Below, in pieces: positions 58,022 to 64,000 of a stretch of DNA of 64,000 bases. A program made the translations under genes and the position numbers. Each line of letters starts with the position of its first letter. The stretch's first letter is position 1. Under the pieces are notes generated by a model. The model was not told where the DNA came from. It ran no database searches and saw only the letters and a program-made list of their open reading frames with translations. The stretch comes from Bacteroidota bacterium (GTDB lineage: Bacteria; Bacteroidota; Bacteroidia; Bacteroidales; JACABE01): NCBI GenBank assembly GCA_026391675.1, contig JAPLDQ010000036.1, positions 32,291 through 96,290 of the forward strand. Reading direction: 5' to 3'.

Positions 58022-58969
58022 TTATTTACAAAATCTATCTATTATTTTATCAGCTAAAACTTTGGCTAATTTATACTTTGATTCTATAGTCCAGCCTGCA
58101 ACATGGGGCGAAAGCAATACATTTTCACTCTGTATCAGGTATTGAAAAGCAGGTGGCAATTCATCAACTTTCATTTCTTCAAATGAAAATTCTTCATATT
58201 CAATTACATCAAGGCATGCACCTTTAACTTTTCCTGATTTCAGGGCTTTTACAAGCACTTCGGTATTAATTACACCACCTCTGGAAGTATTTATCAGATA
58301 AATATTCATTTTGAACTGCTGAATGAACGTTTCGTCAAACATGTAACGGGTTTCAGCAGTCAAAGGAACATGAAAACTCAGAATATCAGCAGTTGCAAAT
58401 ATTTCTTCAAGGCTTACTTCTTTAACATAATTATTTCCGAAGCCTATTTTATATTTGTCATAGGCCATAACATTTGCCTCAAAACCTATTAACCGTTGGG
58501 CAAAAGCACTGCCCATATTGCCATAGCCGATTATTCCTATATTTTTCCCTTTAATTTCAATACCCCTGTTGTCTTCTCTGTTACGAATACCTTGCCGCAT
58601 TTGTAAATCAGCTTGTTTGAGTTTATTGAACAGGCAAAGCAACATTCCCAAACTATGTTCGCCTACTGCATCCCTGTTACCTTCCGGCGAATTTAAACAA
58701 GCAATTCCTTTGCTTACTGCATATTCCACATCAATACTTTCCATGCCGGCACCTACTCTTCCGATAAATTCAAGTCTGCTGGCTTTATCAATCATTTGTT
58801 TATCCATCAATATCTTAGAGCGGATAATGATACCGCTATATTCAGATATAATTGCTTCGTATTGTTTTTGAGCATAATCAGGGAAATAATCACACTGAAA
58901 CCCTGCTTTTTCGAGTTCTTCTTTCAGAGCAGGGTGGGTAGTGTCGATAAACAGTACTTTCTTGGTCAT
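58022..58969 (-). CDS. D-isomer specific 2-hydroxyacid dehydrogenase (SerA-like)
   Basis: RVGAGMESID, GIIGYGNMG, INTSRG, LDVIEYE and SPHVAGWT. Confidence 0.9.
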   Translation of the reverse strand: MTKKVLFIDTTHPALKEELEKAGFQCDYFPDYAQKQYEAIISEYSGIIIRSKILMDKQMIDKASRLEFIGRVGAGMESIDVEYAVSKGIACLNSPEGNRDAVGEHSLGMLLCLFNKLKQADLQMRQGIRNREDNRGIEIKGKNIGIIGYGNMGSAFAQRLIGFEANVMAYDKYKIGFGNNYVKEVSLEEIFATADILSFHVPLTAETRYMFDETFIQQFKMNIYLINTSRGGVINTEVLVKALKSGKVKGACLDVIEYEEFSFEEMKVDELPPAFQYLIQSENVLLSPHVAGWTIESKYKLAKVLADKIIDRFCK

Positions 58970-58977
58970 TTTTATAC

Positions 58978-60159
58978 TTATTTAAGTAAACTGCTATTCC
59001 GGTGAACAATTTCCTTACACGTATTTTTAAGTATATTAGCTGCCTGCATTATCATATCTCCGTTTGGAGGAAAAGGCAATTGTGTGGTATTTAATTTTGC
59101 TGCGGTTTCAGGTTTAAGAGCACTAAAATCTCCGCTTGCTGTTGCAAAAATATTTTTAAAGAACCATTCAGCCCTGATGGGTTCGCTTTTTATCAGTTGT
59201 TTGGTTGCATTATTAACAAAATCGAGTGTTCCGTCTACAATAACTGCTTTTGACTGCTGTACTTCGGAAACAGAACAACGAATATTCTTATATTTTGGAA
59301 CTTTAATATCGTTCCCTGCAGTATCCTTCATTACATTACCTTTGGCATCGAGCTTATATTGCCATCCATCAGCAATTTGCTTTGTTTCGGTATAATTATT
59401 ACGATTGAAATTTTCAGGTGAAATATCAATGATTTTGATATTGGCAATAATATAATAATCGTAGTAAAAATTTTCTACCGGTCTTGAATCGAAAATGGTC
59501 CATTTCTGATTTAAATCAGCAACACTCGTTCTGCAAAGTTCATCTTCAAATTCAGCCGGTAAAATGGATCTGGAATTATTCAAGATTTTAAATAGAACAT
59601 AAGTATTTCCCATGTTATAGGCCGTCTTCAATAAATCATCCGTATCCTTGTAATTAGGATAAAGCATTTTCAGCCGCTGAAGTTCTTCATAAGCTGTTCT
59701 GGCACTATATTTATCTTTTTTATCGAGTAAGGATTTGGCATGCACATAGTAATATTCGGCTGCTTTATTCTTGGCATTTGCTATTTCTTCATTATAGTTA
59801 ACATATTTATAGCCAATATAATCTAAATTAATTACTTGTGCTAAGCGTGCTACTTTTTCCTGCCTTTGCTGAAGCGCAGTATAGCTCATTAGAACTTTAT
59901 CCCAAATATCAGGCTGACCGCTCAGTTTAAGTTGAGCTATTTTTTCATTATCTTTCTGCATGCCTAATTTATATGCCTGCGAAAGAACCTGAATATCTTC
60001 ATTTTTAGTGGGGTCTTTCAATAGTACTTTTACTGATTTATCGATGGCTTTATCGTAATCACCTATTTGTAAATATTTTACAGATGATTTACTGCAACTT
60101 ATTAAAATAAAGACAGATAAGCTATAATAAAGTAGTTTTTTCATGGGAAATGATTTCAT
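58978..60159 (-). CDS. Hypothetical lipoprotein with TPR-like N-terminus (start may be 60144, MKKLL)
   Basis: Lipobox LISC; helical repeats, AYEEL..YPNYKD; TAATTTTG box at 60164-71. Confidence 0.72.
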   Translation of the reverse strand: MKSFPMKKLLYYSLSVFILISCSKSSVKYLQIGDYDKAIDKSVKVLLKDPTKNEDIQVLSQAYKLGMQKDNEKIAQLKLSGQPDIWDKVLMSYTALQQRQEKVARLAQVINLDYIGYKYVNYNEEIANAKNKAAEYYYVHAKSLLDKKDKYSARTAYEELQRLKMLYPNYKDTDDLLKTAYNMGNTYVLFKILNNSRSILPAEFEDELCRTSVADLNQKWTIFDSRPVENFYYDYYIIANIKIIDISPENFNRNNYTETKQIADGWQYKLDAKGNVMKDTAGNDIKVPKYKNIRCSVSEVQQSKAVIVDGTLDFVNNATKQLIKSEPIRAEWFFKNIFATASGDFSALKPETAAKLNTTQLPFPPNGDMIMQAANILKNTCKEIVHRNSSLLK

Positions 60160-60325
60160 TTAACAAAATTAGTTTTTTTTAAAGAAAAAACAAGGAATTG
60201 ATTATAATCGTTTTATAGAATATTTATGCTTCTTTTAAAAGACTCATCATATTTTTACACTTAACCCTCGTTTCATTCGCAATAAAAATACTACTTTTGG
60301 CAACGCAAAAAAAGAAGTTTAAAAT

Positions 60326-62710
60326 ATGTGGACTTATCTTGTCAGGTTGATATTACGATTCCGGTTATGGAATGTTTTGGCAATTTTGCTGTTGACAATA
60401 TTTATGGGTTATAAGGCAACAAAGGTGGAAATGTCTTATGAAATGGCAAGAATGTTGCCTGCATCGGATTCAGTAAGTATTGATTATGAAAACTTCAGGA
60501 AGCAATTTGGCGAGGATGGGAGTGTACTTTTTGTAGGGATAAAAGACAGCAGTCTTTTTCAATTGAAAAAATTTAATGCATGGCACGATCTTACCTATCA
60601 GATTAAGGATATAGATGGTGTTGAAGAAGTATTATCCCTTTCAAAGCTTTACTATTTAAGTAAAAACGACAGTACAAAAAAGTTTGACTTTAAACCAGTA
60701 GTTCAGTATAAGCCCAGAACACAGCAAGAGCTGGATAGTATTCAGCGCATGATTTACAGCTTGCCTTTTTATGAGGGTTTACTTATCAATAAGGAGACCA
60801 ACGCCACCCTAATGGCAATTACACTGAATAAAAACAAACTCAATACCAAAAGCAGGGTTGCATTAATCAGTGATATTAAAAATGAAGTTGATAAATTCAG
60901 TGCAAAACAGGGAATTGAAGTTCATTATTCGGGTTTGCCCTATATAAGAACAGCCATTTCAAAAAAAGTACAGCATGAGTTAAAGCTTTTTGTGCTCCTG
61001 TCCTTTATTATCGCATCACTGGCTTTGTATTTCTTTTTCAGGTCGTTTAAGTCTGTGGTTTTTCCTATGTTTATCGTACTTATTACCATGCTTTGGGCCA
61101 TGGGTATTATTTCCATGCTGGGATACAAGATAACGATACTTACAGGTATCATTCCGCCTTTGTTGATTGTAATATGTGTTGAAAACTGTATTTTCTTCCT
61201 GAATAAATACCACCACGAATTCAGGGCACATGGTAATAAAGTAAAAGCTTTATCGCGCATAGTAACACGTATAGGTACTGCAAACCTGCTTACCAATGCA
61301 ACAACAGCTACCGGTTTTGCAGCTTTTTGCATTACCGGCAATAAAATTCTGGTTGAATTTGGTATGGTGGCATCCATTACTATAATGTCAACCTTCTTTT
61401 TAACGCTGATTTTAATCCCGATATTTTTCAGTTATATTGCTGCACCTGAGCTGAAACAAACACAACATCTGGATAACAAGCATATCAACAGATTTCTGGC
61501 AAGAATAGAAAAGATAGTCACCTATAAGCGCAAATTGGTATACCTGGTTGTGTTTATTGTTCTGGTAGTCGGGCTTTATGGCGTAAGCAAGCTTAAAACC
61601 ACCGGCAATATTGTTGATGATATTCCTCACAAAGATCCACTCTATGTTGATTTGCTGTTTTTCGAACAAAACTTTAAAGGGATAATGCCGCTTGAAATTT
61701 CTGTGGACACAAAAAAAGACAAGGGTGTAATGCGGCTTTCGGTTATTAAAAAGATAGATGAATTACAGGATGTATTAAAAACATATCCTGAACTTTCAAA
61801 ACCGGTATCCATAGCCGAAGTGGTTAAATTTGCCAAACAGGCTTTTTACAATGGCAATCCTGAGTTTTATCAATTGCCCGATAACAGCGAAATGGCTTTT
61901 ATGGCAGAATATCTGCCCCAAATTAAAAGCAAAAAACGTACGATATTAAATTCCTTTGTGGATACCAATATGCGCAGCTGCCGAATCAGTGTTCAGATGG
62001 CTAATATCGGAACCAATGATATAAAAAGAATTCAGGACGATTTAAAACCAAAGATTGACAGTATTTTCAATCCTGAAAAATATACGGTGAAAGTTACCGG
62101 TACCAGTGTGGTTTTTTTGAAAGGCACAAATTATCTGATTAAAAATTTACGTGAAAGCCTGCTGCTGGCAATTATTCTTATTGCCTTAATTATGGCTTTG
62201 CTGTTCAGTTCTTTGCGTATGATTATACTTTCGTTGATACCCAATCTGATACCTCAACTTTTAACTGCAGCGATGATGGGCTATTTCGGCATACCCATAA
62301 AACCCTCTACCATATTAATATTCAGCATTGCATTGGGTATTTCTGCTGATAATACCATACAGTTTCTATCTCGTTACCGTTACGAACTCCGCTTAAACAA
62401 GGGAAATATTAAGGAGTCTGTTTTATATGCCCTTGGAGAAGCGGGTTATAGCATGATATATTCCTCTGTGGTATTGTATTTAGGATTTTCGATATTTATG
62501 CTTTCTACTTTCGGCGGAACACAAGCCATGGGTTTGCTAATTTCCTTTACACTATTGGTAGGCGTGATAAGTAATTTGTTTTTATTACCATCTTTGTTGC
62601 TGAGTCTCGATAAATTCCTTACTTCCAAACGCTTTAAAAAACCAATTCTGGAAATTTTTAATGCAGAAGAAGATATTAATGAACTGAAACCAGAACAAGA
62701 CCAAAAATAA
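60326..62710 (+). CDS. MMPL/RND family transporter
   Basis: Two TM bundles with periplasmic loops; SGLPYIR, TTATGF and IALGISADNTI; TACTTTTG box at 60292-99. Confidence 0.88.
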   Translation: MWTYLVRLILRFRLWNVLAILLLTIFMGYKATKVEMSYEMARMLPASDSVSIDYENFRKQFGEDGSVLFVGIKDSSLFQLKKFNAWHDLTYQIKDIDGVEEVLSLSKLYYLSKNDSTKKFDFKPVVQYKPRTQQELDSIQRMIYSLPFYEGLLINKETNATLMAITLNKNKLNTKSRVALISDIKNEVDKFSAKQGIEVHYSGLPYIRTAISKKVQHELKLFVLLSFIIASLALYFFFRSFKSVVFPMFIVLITMLWAMGIISMLGYKITILTGIIPPLLIVICVENCIFFLNKYHHEFRAHGNKVKALSRIVTRIGTANLLTNATTATGFAAFCITGNKILVEFGMVASITIMSTFFLTLILIPIFFSYIAAPELKQTQHLDNKHINRFLARIEKIVTYKRKLVYLVVFIVLVVGLYGVSKLKTTGNIVDDIPHKDPLYVDLLFFEQNFKGIMPLEISVDTKKDKGVMRLSVIKKIDELQDVLKTYPELSKPVSIAEVVKFAKQAFYNGNPEFYQLPDNSEMAFMAEYLPQIKSKKRTILNSFVDTNMRSCRISVQMANIGTNDIKRIQDDLKPKIDSIFNPEKYTVKVTGTSVVFLKGTNYLIKNLRESLLLAIILIALIMALLFSSLRMIILSLIPNLIPQLLTAAMMGYFGIPIKPSTILIFSIALGISADNTIQFLSRYRYELRLNKGNIKESVLYALGEAGYSMIYSSVVLYLGFSIFMLSTFGGTQAMGLLISFTLLVGVISNLFLLPSLLLSLDKFLTSKRFKKPILEIFNAEEDINELKPEQDQK

Positions 62711-62711
62711 A

Positions 62712-62773
62712 CCACTAAGGCAACAAGCTTCAATCTAACTATAATTTTTCTTAGTGTCTTAGTGACTTTGTGG
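62712..62773. repeat. Inverted 8-bp tandem-unit element (CCACTAAGG...CTTAGTGT-CTTAGTGA-CTTTGTGG)
   Basis: Three 8-bp units on the right, complementary to CCACTAAGGCAACAAG on the left; lies between convergent genes. Confidence 0.55.
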
Positions 62774-62779
62774 CAAAAA

Positions 62780-64000
62780 TTAATTATAATTCAATTTCAG
62801 AAGTTCAGGATATTGCTGATTTACCTTAATGATAAATTCACCAAAAAGTGTGTTTGCCCAGGCAAACCATTTGCGTGTAAAATCAGAAGCATTGTCCTTA
62901 TTAAAGGATTCATGCATAAAACCGGTTGCTGCATGAGTTTTTACGAGCATTTTTATACATTCCTGTATTTCATTTTTATCATTACTTGTTAACCCTCTGA
63001 CAATAATACCCATAGGCCAGATATTACCGGTAAGTGTATGCGGACTGCCAATGCCTTCAGCTATTTTCCCTTTAAAATAAAACGGATTATTATCAGAAAG
63101 CAGGTATTTTCTGGTATTCATATATAAAGAATCATGGCTGTCAAAACAGCCCAGATAAGGAAGTGATAAAAGTGAAGGAATATTGCCATCATCCATCAGG
63201 TTAAAACTGCCAAATCCGTTAATTTCATAAGGAATGATTTTACCAAATTCAGGATGATTCAGTATGGCATGGTTTTCATAGGCTTCTTTCAGCTGTTTTC
63301 TCATTGCTGCAGCTTCTTTTGCCAATTCAATATCATTAACTGAGGGTAATGAAAAGATTTCATTAAGATAACCCAATACTTCAATGGCAAATAAATTGGA
63401 TGGTATTAAATAAGGATAAATGGTGCAGTCATCACTGGGTCGGAACATGGAGCAAATCAGTCCGTTGGGTTTTACAGGATAACCGTAGCCGGCTAAAGGT
63501 ACTCCATCTGTTGCCCATGCAGTAGTCCGCTGAAATTTATACGGTCCATGACCATCAAAACGCTGTTGCTCACGAAAAGTTTTCAACACCATTTGCATGG
63601 CTATTTTCCAGTTTTTATTAAAAACCGATGTATCTCCGCTTTGTTTCCAGTAGCCATGAGCCAGACGAATGGGATAACAAAGACTGTCAATTTCCCACTT
63701 TCTTTCATGAATACCGGGTTTCATATCGGTTAAGTCACTTTTCCATTCACTGATTTTATTCACATCTTTATAAAAAGCATTTGCATAAGGATCGAGTAAG
63801 ATACAGTTAGTTTGCCTGTAAATAACACCTTTAATTAAAGCTGCCAGTTCATTATCCTTATTGATTAATGGCAGATAGGGCCACACCTGAGCAGTGCTGT
63901 CTCTCAGCCACATTGCGTCAATATCACCTGTTATCACATAGGTGTCAGGTTTCCCATTGATATATTCGAAATCAACAGTGGTATCGAGGGTATTGGGAAA
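62780..64000 (-). CDS. GH125 exo-alpha-1,6-mannosidase, 5' end outside the window
   Basis: FPNTLDTTV..ITGDIDAMWLRDS, ERKWEIDSL, FRPSDD, GIGSPH, MHESF and FTRKWFAWAN. Confidence 0.92.
   Translation of the reverse strand, partial: FPNTLDTTVDFEYINGKPDTYVITGDIDAMWLRDSTAQVWPYLPLINKDNELAALIKGVIYRQTNCILLDPYANAFYKDVNKISEWKSDLTDMKPGIHERKWEIDSLCYPIRLAHGYWKQSGDTSVFNKNWKIAMQMVLKTFREQQRFDGHGPYKFQRTTAWATDGVPLAGYGYPVKPNGLICSMFRPSDDCTIYPYLIPSNLFAIEVLGYLNEIFSLPSVNDIELAKEAAAMRKQLKEAYENHAILNHPEFGKIIPYEINGFGSFNLMDDGNIPSLLSLPYLGCFDSHDSLYMNTRKYLLSDNNPFYFKGKIAEGIGSPHTLTGNIWPMGIIVRGLTSNDKNEIQECIKMLVKTHAATGFMHESFNKDNASDFTRKWFAWANTLFGEFIIKVNQQYPELLKLNYN

Noticed and set aside
1-64000. tRNA, rRNA, prophage, integrase or defence genes
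   Set aside because: Intergenic gaps are short and AT-rich and none showed cloverleaf or rRNA signatures by eye; no such protein motifs were recognised

Overview
AT-rich, mostly core-chromosome window of a Bacteroidota (Bacteroidales-like) organism. The assignment rests on TAnnTTTG -7 promoter boxes, T9SS C-terminal domains, eukaryote/archaeal-type proS and the nadK-DUF6089-uppS-bamA-skp-skp synteny. About 50 CDS are supported, including proS, lptB, kdsD, recQ, cutC, a DEAD-box helicase, mfd, purH, mreBCD, bamA, uppS and nadK. No rRNA, tRNA or CRISPR array was seen. Points of most interest: (1) a decayed REP-associated/IS200-like HUH transposase with a four-hairpin REP cluster, and a second four-hairpin cluster 23 kb away with the same architecture but fully covarying stems; (2) a hotspot at 18.8-20.0 kb with an orphan lipoprotein, two ~115-bp structured repeats and three tandem palindromes that look like stacked fragments of different ORF6N-type genes; (3) a SusC/D-less GH94+GH130+symporter+CBM9-like operon suggesting a double-phosphorolysis route, possibly for the N-glycan core; (4) a TlpA/DUF6029/Omp28 operon in which all three proteins carry Cys pairs; (5) a pseudoknotted Flavo-1-like RNA candidate; (6) an internally deleted glycosyltransferase remnant; (7) several small dispersed repeat families. 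All family assignments come from motif recognition by eye, not from database searches.
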